Assembly: GCA_036377435.1 (NCBI GenBank)
Contig: DASUYM010000314.1
Coordinates: forward strand, 547-64,546
Direction of reading: 5' to 3'
DNA from: Propionibacteriaceae bacterium
GTDB lineage: Bacteria; Actinomycetota; Actinomycetes; Propionibacteriales; Propionibacteriaceae
DNA length: 64,000 nt
Position 1 is the first letter of the stretch. Each line of letters opens with the position of its first letter. Below the pieces are notes generated by a model. That model worked only from the letters and a program-made list of their open reading frames with translations. It did no database searches and was not told the DNA's origin. This document shows positions 1 to 7,746 of this stretch, piece by piece. A program made the translations under genes and the position numbers.

Positions 1-459
1 ACGAGCGCCTTCGGCGGCGTCGAGCTGGCCAGGGTCGCCGTCGAGGACGGCACCATCGGCCACGGCGAGATCCGGGTCGGCGATACCGTTGTACTCGCTT
101 TCGACCGACGACCTGGGTGGCCGTCGATGCCGTCGCTGCTGCGAGTGTTTGTTGCAGATGCTGACGCGGCCATGGCCAGAGCCGTTGGAGCCGGTGCGCG
201 CGTTGTCACCGAGGCTGCGACCAGCGCCTGGGGTGCCCGCGGCGGCCGTGTCCGTGACCCGCTCGGCAACATCTGGTGGGTGACCGCGCAGGTCGAGACC
301 GTCTCCCCAGACGACTCCTGGGCCCGACTCGGTGAGCCCGGCTACGCTGCCGCGATGCGGGAAGCCCAAGAGACGCTGGACGTCGAGCTGAGCGGCCTTC
401 CGACAGGGACGGCTTCGGCTCCGGTCGCGCCAACCCAGCCAGGTCCGAACCAGCCCTAG
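1..459 (+). CDS. VOC (glyoxalase/bleomycin-resistance, PhnB-like) family protein, 5' end outside window
   Basis: Frame 1 is open from nt 1 to the stop at 457-459. The translation ...IGHGEIRVGDTVVLAFD...LLRVFVADADAAMARAVGAGARVV...WGARGGRVRDPLGNIWWV fits the pattern I associate with PhnB-like VOC proteins. Confidence 0.6.
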   Translation, partial: TSAFGGVELARVAVEDGTIGHGEIRVGDTVVLAFDRRPGWPSMPSLLRVFVADADAAMARAVGAGARVVTEAATSAWGARGGRVRDPLGNIWWVTAQVETVSPDDSWARLGEPGYAAAMREAQETLDVELSGLPTGTASAPVAPTQPGPNQP

Positions 460-718
460 AACCCAGCGCACTAGTGCGCCGCGCACCGAGAAGCACGCTC
501 TCCCGGTTTCGAGGCACCCACAGTCGCGCCGGAAGACCTACTTCCCGCAGGTAGGTTGCGGTTTACCTCGACCAGGTGATTCGTAAGCGGAAAGTGGGAG
601 CGAGCTCCCCGGTACGCCAATGCAACCAGCGGAGTCGGCAGCCGCTGATAAAGCACATCCCCGTCGAGATCATCCGCTCGTCGGGCGGTGGCGTCGCTGC
701 CGCCATAGGGTGTACCGG

Positions 719-1114
719 ATGCATCATGAGGTGACCGACATCGACACCGCCGTGGCGCTGGGCAGTGGTGACGTTCCCGTGCTCGCGACACCGCGCTTGA
801 TTGCGTGGATGGAGGCGGCAACCGTGCGGGCCGTGGCCGCCTTCCTCGAGACAGGCCAGACGACCGTCGGCACCGCGATCCGAATAGAGCACCGTCGCCC
901 GACCAGGGTGGGAGGCAGCGTCGAGATCACCGCAGCACCGCCGCGCGACGTCGCCGGGAGCCGTCTGACCTTCTACGTCCAAGCGGTCGACGGCTCGGGG
1001 GAGGTCGTCGCAGTCGGCGAGATCGACCGGGCGATCGTCGATCGGCAACGCTTCCTCGCGTCCCTGTCAGCCGCCGACGCCGGTCACAAAACGAACGATA
1101 TCCCGTGTCGCTGA
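719..1114 (+). CDS. hotdog-fold thioesterase-superfamily protein
   Basis: This lies in ORF 620..1114. ATG 719 gives MHHEVTDIDTAVALGSGDVPVLATPRLIAWMEAATV...GTAIRIEHRRPTRVG, typical of small thioesterase/FlK-like hotdog proteins. The 33 codons upstream are Arg-rich and look non-coding. Confidence 0.6.
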   Translation: MHHEVTDIDTAVALGSGDVPVLATPRLIAWMEAATVRAVAAFLETGQTTVGTAIRIEHRRPTRVGGSVEITAAPPRDVAGSRLTFYVQAVDGSGEVVAVGEIDRAIVDRQRFLASLSAADAGHKTNDIPCR

Positions 1115-1182
1115 CACACTCTGACCGTCTGCTCGATATCTCTCGGCGGCTACAACAACAGAAGCAACGGAGGTGCAGCCCG

Positions 1183-1524
1183 ATGGAGCTGGAACGGGCT
1201 CGATCATTACTGGAGGCGGAGCGTGCGCAGGTGCAGCGGCTGCTGGCCGATCTCGGCACGGCCCGGACAGATGACCATGTGGCCGAACGCGATGCGTCTG
1301 ATCCGGCGCAGCCACTGGCAGAACAGGGCGTCGACGATGCCGTAGCCGCGGGCCTGCGGGACCGGCTCGCGGCACTCGATCGGACTCTGGAACGGGTCGA
1401 AGACGGCAGCTATGGTCGCTCGATCCGCAGCGGTGCGCCCATCCCGGATGAACGCCTGGAGGCAGACCCGCCGGCCGAGCTCACCGTCCAGGAGGCCGCC
1501 GACCATCAAGCGGCGGACCGATAA
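1183..1524 (+). CDS. TraR/DksA-family-like protein with Cys-less zinc-finger region
   Basis: ATG 1183 is preceded by GGAGG about 8 nt upstream. There is a coiled-coil N-terminus, then LERVEDGSYGRSIRSGAPIPDERLEADPPAELTV. This aligns to the DksA C4 finger (YG-C-x2-CG-x-I...RL...C-x2-C), but all four Cys positions are substituted. Confidence 0.55.
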   Translation: MELERARSLLEAERAQVQRLLADLGTARTDDHVAERDASDPAQPLAEQGVDDAVAAGLRDRLAALDRTLERVEDGSYGRSIRSGAPIPDERLEADPPAELTVQEAADHQAADR

Positions 1525-1585
1525 CCGGCGGCGAGCCAGTCGGCTGACGACGGCGCCGACACACCTGTCGCCGACTGCACCTTTG

Positions 1586-3079
1586 TCACGGCACAAGCAA
1601 ACCCCAATAGCCCACCCAGCCCAGGAGAACCGCGCCCGCGGCCACCAGCATCGGCCGATGATGATCGGTCCGGTCACCATGGCGGCGGGAACGCCACCAC
1701 CGGGCGGCGATCACAATTGTGCAGACGCCGACAGTGATGGCTGATCCCTGGAGCAAGAGCCACGGGAGCGTACGACCCACGACCACGGGCCCGATGACAT
1801 TCGCGGCCGTGATCATCAAGAACAGCAGGTAGACCGGGAGGCCGAGCGTGGTGAACAAGCCGGCGGCAACGATTAGGCGCTGGGTGCCACCTAACTTCGA
1901 GGCCATGGAGCCCCCGCGGATGTGGCCCACCAAGCCTGCGAGGGGGTAGAAGGCGAACCCCATCGTCAGGGTAAAAATCAGGCCGAGGTGCGCCAAGGCC
2001 GCTGCGCCGTTCAGCGGAACCAGCACCGGCGGCGGTGTCTCTGTGGTGGGTGGAGTACCGAGTCGCGACGGCTCTGTGCGCGCGAGGTCGTCGATCCAGT
2101 GACGCTCGTAGGCCCCGTAGTCGGCCGGTAGTGACATGATCCGGTCGAAGCCGCCGTCCGCGGTGAGGTTGAGGTTATGGCGTACGCCGCTGATGAATCG
2201 CATCGTGTAGCGGGTGTTACCTCCGCGACGCAGTGCTTCCTCGATGGCCGTGCTGCTCCCCCGGGGGAGGGCGACCCGGTCAAACTCACCCCATTCGGCG
2301 AGCACCCCCTGCCGTACCTGTTGCCAAGCCGGGACCGGGTCGAAGTTGGCCTCGGGAAACAGACCGGCGCTGATCATCGTCCGAAGCGCGGTGATCTCCA
2401 GGGTGTGCGGCAGCCCGGCGCCTACGCCCGCGTGGCGGAGGAACTGGTCGTAGCCCCAGGCGGTCTGCACCGCTGGCGTCACCCCGACAGCGCCGACTGT
2501 GATCACGAACTTGACTGCACTCGACCGACGGCAGGCGAGCGGGGCGACGTAGGCCCCTTCCGATTGGGCCCACAATCCGAGGCGAGGTGGGTCGACGTCG
2601 CGTCGGGTCGCCAAGAGTGCCACCGCCGCGACAGCATCGGCGGCTAGCAGGTCGTAGTCGCGCCGCAAGATGCTGTAGCCGACCTTCCGTTTGTCGTAGA
2701 TGAGCGTGATGACGCCGTGCCGAGCGAACACCTCCGCGGCCGGTTGGAGCTCTTGCCGGCCGCGGTGGCCCGCTCCCTCCAGCATGACCAGGGCTGGTCG
2801 ACGTTTCCCGGTCGGTTTCGGAGCCACCACGATCCCGTGCAGGATCAGACCCCCGCCGCCGACGAACGTCACGTCGGTGGTCCTGACGGGCTCCGGCTCG
2901 GCGGACGCTGGTGCAATAGGGGCACCCACGGCTCCGAGGAGGATGGCCAGGAGCCAGCCGACGCACACCCGCCAACCCTGAGGCCTGGCAGAGCTGCTGG
3001 TTCGCCGAAGGGCGCTCGGCGATCCGCTCGCGGGTCCAGTCCTGTCACCTGCGGGGACGACTCCAGTTCTGACCGTCAA
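1586..3079 (-). CDS. alpha/beta hydrolase with N-terminal signal/anchor and C-terminal multi-TM region
   Basis: The ORF is 497 aa. It has a hydrophobic leader (WLLAILLGAVGAPIAPASA), then PALVMLEGAGHRG and a nucleophile-elbow-like LWAQSEGAYVA. The C-terminal ~140 aa form 4-5 hydrophobic helices. The start codon is uncertain. Confidence 0.65.
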   Translation of the reverse strand: MTVRTGVVPAGDRTGPASGSPSALRRTSSSARPQGWRVCVGWLLAILLGAVGAPIAPASAEPEPVRTTDVTFVGGGGLILHGIVVAPKPTGKRRPALVMLEGAGHRGRQELQPAAEVFARHGVITLIYDKRKVGYSILRRDYDLLAADAVAAVALLATRRDVDPPRLGLWAQSEGAYVAPLACRRSSAVKFVITVGAVGVTPAVQTAWGYDQFLRHAGVGAGLPHTLEITALRTMISAGLFPEANFDPVPAWQQVRQGVLAEWGEFDRVALPRGSSTAIEEALRRGGNTRYTMRFISGVRHNLNLTADGGFDRIMSLPADYGAYERHWIDDLARTEPSRLGTPPTTETPPPVLVPLNGAAALAHLGLIFTLTMGFAFYPLAGLVGHIRGGSMASKLGGTQRLIVAAGLFTTLGLPVYLLFLMITAANVIGPVVVGRTLPWLLLQGSAITVGVCTIVIAARWWRSRRHGDRTDHHRPMLVAAGAVLLGWVGYWGLLVP

Positions 3080-3342
3080 AGCGCATCACATCCCACAAGC
3101 TCGCCGACGCCTTCATGAGATCGGGGATTCCAGGGGTAACACCGCATCAAGATCAACAAGGTGCACTGCTGGATGGCGCATTCCGTTGAGACGGGCAGAC
3201 ATTGCAGGTTCTCCGTGGTCGGGGGACTCAGACGCCCACCACTGTAGGAATCAGGGCGCCCCGCAAACCACTCGCTGCAGGCGACAGTTCGGATCGCTTT
3301 TCGACGTACGCGGCAGTTCCTGGGGCTTGCCCGTTGGCCCTA

Positions 3343-3380
3343 CCTCGTCCCCACCTTGGCTCCTCGTCCCCACCTTGGCC
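3343..3380 (+). repeat. tandem duplication of a 19-nt unit (CCTCGTCCCCACCTTGGCT x2, last base differs)
   Basis: Read directly: unit 3343-3361 is followed by unit 3362-3380. The unit core GTCCCC-ACC-TTGGCTCC equals the 3' end of the tRNA-like relic at 3530-3543 (GTCCCCTTGGCTCC) apart from a 3-nt insertion. Confidence 0.8.
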
Positions 3381-3465
3381 CGGAAGTACGACGATCCCGC
3401 ATCAACCGAGGCGACGCGAGGCGACCGTGGTTCGGCGCTGCCCAGCGCGGCTCGTCAATCCTCAG

Positions 3466-3546
3466 CGAGCCAGGGCAACGCTCAGCGATGCCGTTCCGTC
3501 ACTTTGCAAGCACGGGGTTAGCGGGTCGAGTCCCCTTGGCTCCACC
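3466..3546 (+). pseudogene. decayed tRNA-Ala(UGC)-like relic (not a functional tRNA)
   Basis: The sequence is CGAGCCA..GCTCAG..C-TTTGCAA-GCACG GGGTT AGCGG-GTCGAGT-CCCCT TGGCTCC-A-CC. It is colinear with bacterial tRNA-Ala(UGC): D-arm GCTCAG, anticodon loop TTTGCAA, T-arm AGCGG/TTCGAnT/CCGCT, and 3' end TAGCTCCACCA. The acceptor pairs at 6/7 and the T-stem at 4/5. The D and anticodon stems do not pair. T54 is G, and pair 3:70 is A-T instead of G-U. Confidence 0.5.
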
Positions 3547-3647
3547 CCTCTTTGGACTCCCCTCGGCGACATCACCATCGGAGCCCGGTGCGCCGCTACG
3601 GTAGTGCCCGCGGAGCCGTCAGCGCGGCTTCTATAAGGAGTGCCAGG

Positions 3648-4559
3648 ATGAGCGTCACCATTGACGGCCCGGCCGACTTCCCGGCGTTGTTTCGGAGCGC
3701 GGACCGGGAATCTGAGCGAGCACAGCGGTCTTACCTGAGGTCACTCAGGGTGCGCCTCGGTGCCCTGCTCGTCGCAGCCTTCGGCGGTGCGCTCACGCTG
3801 ACTACCGCGGGTGGCTTTCAGGTTGGTGGTGGTCTGGCATTTCTCGCCTTCGCTTGCGCGTTGGGCGCCGAGCTCTTCCTCGCCAGGACCAACCCGCTCA
3901 CAACATGGTACGAGGGCCGGGCCGCAGCGGAGTCAGTCAAGACGCTCGCCTGGCGATACATGGTGCGCGCCGAGCCCTTCGAGGGCGACGCCCCTGACGT
4001 CGACAAGCAGTTCCTTGCCCAGACCCACTCGCTGCTGCAGGACCTTCGGTCGATCTCATTGGGGACAGCAGAACCCGGTGCACACCAGATCAGCGACAAG
4101 ATGCGCCAGGTTCGCGCTCTCGACTTCGATGAGCGTCGGCAGGTCTACCTCGCCGACCGGATTGCCGACCAGCAACACTGGTACTCCGAGAAGGCGCAGT
4201 GGAACGATCGCCGAGCGCGCGGATGGGTGCTCGTCAGCATTGTGCTCGAAGTCGCCGGCCTCATCGGCGGCGCGCTCAAAGCGTTCGGCTGGATCAGCTT
4301 TGACCTGCTCGGCTTCCTTGCCGCATCGGCCGCGGGTGTCATGGCCTGGATCGAGGCGAAGCAGCACCGCAACCTGGCGACGGCGTACGGCATCGCGAGT
4401 CAAGAGCTCGCCTCAATCGCGACAGAGCTCCCGACGTTGAACAACGAGGAGCGTTGGGCCGCCTTCGTGGGCCAGGCCGAAGAGGCGATCTCCCGCGAGC
4501 ACACTCTGTGGCGGGCGTCACGGGGACTGTCCGACCGCTTCAGACACAGAGAAGGCTGA
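3648..4559 (+). CDS. 4-TM SLATT/DUF4231-like membrane protein (predicted conflict-system membrane effector)
   Basis: ATG 3648 lies 7 nt after AAGGAG. The plan is: TM hairpin (LGALLVAAFGGALTLTT / GLAFLAFACALGAELFL), then TWYEGRAAAESVKTLAWRY, a helical linker, QQHWYSEKAQWNDRRARGW, a second TM hairpin, and a C-terminal helix. The family assignment is from memory of SLATT/DUF4231 architecture. Confidence 0.6.
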   Translation: MSVTIDGPADFPALFRSADRESERAQRSYLRSLRVRLGALLVAAFGGALTLTTAGGFQVGGGLAFLAFACALGAELFLARTNPLTTWYEGRAAAESVKTLAWRYMVRAEPFEGDAPDVDKQFLAQTHSLLQDLRSISLGTAEPGAHQISDKMRQVRALDFDERRQVYLADRIADQQHWYSEKAQWNDRRARGWVLVSIVLEVAGLIGGALKAFGWISFDLLGFLAASAAGVMAWIEAKQHRNLATAYGIASQELASIATELPTLNNEERWAAFVGQAEEAISREHTLWRASRGLSDRFRHREG

Positions 4560-4566
4560 ACAAGGC

Positions 4567-4601
4567 CGACCCACCACGACTCGGGCTGGCGTGGGTGGTC
4601 G
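4567..4601 (+). terminator. possible stem-loop terminator after the first SLATT gene
   Basis: CGACCCACCACG-(11 nt)-CGTGGGTGGTCG pairs at 10 of 12 positions and starts 8 nt after the stop. There is no T-tract. Confidence 0.3.
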
Positions 4602-4704
4602 TCGACTTGGCGGAAATATATGCCAGGCGCGATTCCGCTAACCGACGTCGGCGACCTGACTCTTAGGCTTACAGCAGGCGCTCGGGTGAGTGGAAGTGGT
4701 CAGT

Positions 4705-6264
4705 ATGGAGAAAGGCGAGGCGGGGCGGGTCTTCATCAGCTATCGACGCCAGGAGACGGCGTGGCCGGCGCGACAGCTCTACGACGCGCTCGTAGCTGAA
4801 CTGGGGCCGGATCGGGTCTTCAAGGATGTCGACGACATCGAGCCAGGCGATGACTTCGTCGAACGGATCCAGTCGGCTGTGGGCTCCTGCCAGGTGCTAC
4901 TCGCTCTGATCGGGCCCCAGTGGCTCACCGTCACCGATGCCAAGGGAGCGAGACGCCTCGATGACCCAGAGGACTTCGTTCGGCTCGAGGTTGAGACCGC
5001 ACTGAATCGAGACGACGTTCGAGTCATTCCCATTCTCGTTGACAACGCCAGGATGCCGACGCCTCCGGAACTGCCGAAAGGGCTGGCGGGCTTGACCCGT
5101 CGACAGGCGGTCGAGATAAACCCGGTCAACTTTGACACTCGTCGACTCTTGAGGGTGCTGAACCACACGCTGAACGACGTCGGCGGCGAGCCAGATGGGC
5201 CGTTGATATCCGGGGCCGGCGTACGGGTCCAGCCACCGGGGACAACACCGCCCGTACCTCGGGTCGAATCCGCGGCCGCGGACGGGACGAGCGATGAGTG
5301 GGTACGACCCTCCGCGCCTGCCAGACCCGGAAGCGATCGAGCGGCAGCCCGAAGACGAACGGGCATGTTGGTGGCCGTCGCTACTTCGGTCGTCTTGCTG
5401 GTGGCGGGTGGCGCCGCTGCCTGGTATGTCACGCGCGATCCTTACCAAGGCACTGCGACGATCGGCAACTCCACATCCGCCTCAAGTCCGCCCTCTGCCA
5501 CCCTCGATCCGTCCAGCAGTCCGTCGAAGACCACAGCGGCTGACGACCCAACCGGTTCGGACATCCTCGCCCACCGCGGCGGCGACGAGAAGTATCCGTT
5601 GCAGACCTTTGAGTCCCTCACGTCGGCGGCCGATGACGGCTTCGCGGTGGAAACTGACGTGCGCTGGACCAGCGACAACCGTGCGGTGATTATCCACGAC
5701 GCCGCGGCGACCCAAGGGTTACGGTGCGATCGGCCTTACCAAGTGTCCGAGACGACATGGAAAGTGCTCAGCGAGCACTGCCGCTCATTCACGAAGAACG
5801 GGAAGTCCTATCCGCCTGCAACGTACGCAAATGTGATGGAGGGCCTGGCGAGCTACAGCTCATGGGTCTACGTCGAGGTCAAGGTTGACCAGAACGCTGC
5901 GCAAAACCGCGAGTTCATCGATGTCATCCGCAGTAACGGGCTGAGTGACCGCACCGTCGTCACCTCAAACAGCCTGGACCGGCTGGCCCAAATCAGAAAG
6001 CTCGCACCCGATCTCCCTCGCATGCTCTTCATTGGCGAGAAAGTTCCCGCAAACCAACTGGATCAGGAGAAGTTGTGGGCTGTTGCGGTCAACCATGAGG
6101 TTGCGACGAAAGACTACGTAACCGAGCTGAAGGATGCTGGGATCGTCGTAATCGTCTGGACCGTGAATGAGAAACAAGCATGGGCAAAGGCGAGGTCGGC
6201 GGGCGCCGACAAAGTGCTGACCGATAAGCCAAGCGCTTACGCCGCCTGGCTGGACAAGCAATGA
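4705..6264 (+). CDS. TIR domain - single TM helix - extracytoplasmic GDPD-like phosphodiesterase fusion protein
   Basis: The N-terminus RVFISYRRQETAWPARQLYDAL...QVLLALIGPQWL...DFVRLEVETAL is TIR_2-like. The helix MLVAVATSVVLLVAGGAAAWYV is preceded by AARRRT. A Ser/Pro/Thr linker follows. The GDPD motifs are ILAHRGG and FAVETDVRWTSDNRAVIIHD. An alternative GTG start lies at 4690. Confidence 0.8.
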   Translation: MEKGEAGRVFISYRRQETAWPARQLYDALVAELGPDRVFKDVDDIEPGDDFVERIQSAVGSCQVLLALIGPQWLTVTDAKGARRLDDPEDFVRLEVETALNRDDVRVIPILVDNARMPTPPELPKGLAGLTRRQAVEINPVNFDTRRLLRVLNHTLNDVGGEPDGPLISGAGVRVQPPGTTPPVPRVESAAADGTSDEWVRPSAPARPGSDRAAARRRTGMLVAVATSVVLLVAGGAAAWYVTRDPYQGTATIGNSTSASSPPSATLDPSSSPSKTTAADDPTGSDILAHRGGDEKYPLQTFESLTSAADDGFAVETDVRWTSDNRAVIIHDAAATQGLRCDRPYQVSETTWKVLSEHCRSFTKNGKSYPPATYANVMEGLASYSSWVYVEVKVDQNAAQNREFIDVIRSNGLSDRTVVTSNSLDRLAQIRKLAPDLPRMLFIGEKVPANQLDQEKLWAVAVNHEVATKDYVTELKDAGIVVIVWTVNEKQAWAKARSAGADKVLTDKPSAYAAWLDKQ

Positions 6265-6282
6265 GCTGTATGGACTGGGTTC

Positions 6283-7317
6283 CTAGTGGTCGGCACCTTC
6301 TCCGCTGGAGGCGGCGTCTTTCTGCGAGGTTCCGCTGCTGAGGGCTTTCTCCAGCCGTGCAACGGCTGCCTGCATATTCTCGGCTCCCTCCAACCATTGG
6401 CGATGCTCGAGCGATAGCTGGTCCTGCACAGCGGCGACGTACTCACCGAGCACCGACGTGGATCCGGCGGCGATGCCGAGTCGAACGTCGTCGAGGCGCT
6501 CGCGTAAGCCCTGCAGTGCCTGAGCGGTATTGTCATAACGCTCGGCGTTCCTACGATCTTGGTTGAGGGATTCGCGGGCGGCGGCGAACGCTTGGAGCGC
6601 GGCGCCGAACACCGCAAGCGAACCGAGCGCAGCCCATTCGCTCCTCAGCGCACCGAGTACTCCGGCCGCACCTGAGGCAATTGCCGCAACCAGGACGGAT
6701 CCGGCCGATATATCAAGGGTCCGTTCGGCCGAGTTGCGGTGCCCCGACCGGCGGGTTTTGTAGTAAGCGAGCTGAAGGTCTAGCTGATAGCGGCGAAAAT
6801 ACTCCAACTTGAGCAGTTCGAGCTGGAGATCGAGTGGCTCTATTGAGGAGTTCACGATGTAACTGAAGTAGGACAACCGTTTGGTCTCTGCCCGAGCGCG
6901 CGCGGTCATCCAGTCCTCGAGGAGCCGACCTTCCTTCACCCGAAACAGCGACATCGACGCGACTCCGCCGGTGGCGACACCCATAAGAGCGAGCGCGATG
7001 AGAATTGTCTGAGTTAAGCCGCCCAATCTGCCCGCAAGCAGTGCCACAGCCATCAGTAGCGCGCTCACCGTCGCCGTTGCGAGGACGGCCCGGTTGGCTC
7101 GGATTACCCATCGCTTGAACTTTCGCTCTGCGGCAAGTGCTTCAGTGTCAGCGTCCGCATACTGGTGCGCCAGCTCCACGGGGGCGCTGCGGGTCAGCAG
7201 AGCGGCCAGTTTGGGCGCCGAGGTTTTCAGCTGCGCGGCGTGCTCGACAGGCGACAGTCCGTAGTCATCAGGGCTGCCGCTGCCAATAATTCGGGCCGCA
7301 TCCGACATGATCATCAC
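6283..7317 (-). CDS. 4-TM SLATT/DUF4231-like membrane protein, paralogous in plan to 3648..4559
   Basis: The ORF is 344 aa. It has a TM hairpin (AVLATATVSALLMAVALLA / ILIALALMGVATGGVASM), then DWMTARARAETKRLSYFSY, LQLAYYKTRRSGHRNSAERT, a second TM hairpin, and ...NAERYDNTAQALQGL. It is convergent with the TIR gene with an 18-nt gap. Confidence 0.55.
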   Translation of the reverse strand: MMIMSDAARIIGSGSPDDYGLSPVEHAAQLKTSAPKLAALLTRSAPVELAHQYADADTEALAAERKFKRWVIRANRAVLATATVSALLMAVALLAGRLGGLTQTILIALALMGVATGGVASMSLFRVKEGRLLEDWMTARARAETKRLSYFSYIVNSSIEPLDLQLELLKLEYFRRYQLDLQLAYYKTRRSGHRNSAERTLDISAGSVLVAAIASGAAGVLGALRSEWAALGSLAVFGAALQAFAAARESLNQDRRNAERYDNTAQALQGLRERLDDVRLGIAAGSTSVLGEYVAAVQDQLSLEHRQWLEGAENMQAAVARLEKALSSGTSQKDAASSGEGADH

Positions 7318-7467
7318 CCCGCGATCTCGACACGTTCGTGGCTTAGCACCTCAAAGGTGAACATGCTCATCCGACCATCGACAGGTGTGACGTCAAAGTA
7401 CAGCAGTGTCCCCGCTACTCAACGCTGTCCCGCGGGGTTCGCCCACACTCGGCGCAGCAAGTGGGTT

Positions 7468-7738
7468 TCAGCTGGTCGTGTCAGTGAGAAATGCGTGAAC
7501 GCGGTCGGTCTGGGTTGGCAGCAGATGGCCGGCATCGGGAAAGAGGATGACCGTCGCATGTGGAGCGTGCTGTTCCAGCCGTTGCTTCGTGTCGACCGAG
7601 TTGAGAACGAACGTCTCGCCCAGGTGCGTAGAGATCCAATCCTCGGTGTGCGGTACGGGCCAGCCGGCCAGCAACTCCTTGTAGTGGCGGCGCAGTGCCG
7701 CCGCGCTCTCGGGGGGTGCGGTAGATCGCGTCGGTCAT
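7468..7738 (-). pseudogene. alpha/beta hydrolase remnant (internal deletion plus frameshift)
   Basis: One frame gives MTDAIYRTP. The other gives ESAAALRRHYKELLAGWPVPHTEDWISTHLGETFVLNS, a typical hydrolase N-terminus. That is joined directly to ...HAPHATVILFPDAGHLLPTQTDRVHAFL, a typical C-terminal His region. The whole catalytic core is missing. Confidence 0.6.
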
Positions 7739-7746
7739 GGGCGGCG

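Noticed and set aside
3343-3380. A tandem 19-nt repeat considered as a mini CRISPR array or minisatellite.
   Set aside because: There are only two abutting units with no spacers, and no cas genes are present. It is better explained as a duplicated att-like scar.
3466-3546. A possible functional tRNA-Ala gene.
   Set aside because: The D-stem and anticodon stem cannot be paired. T54 is G, there is a C-C mismatch at 1:72, pair 3:70 is A-T rather than G-U, and the 3' end reads ACCC rather than ACCA. I kept it only as a relic/pseudogene.
3186-3636. Overlapping ORFs of 82-144 aa in the 570-nt gap before the first SLATT gene.
   Set aside because: Three mutually overlapping frames have Pro/Arg/Ser-rich translations and no RBS. 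The region contains the tRNA relic and repeats, so it is most likely non-coding.
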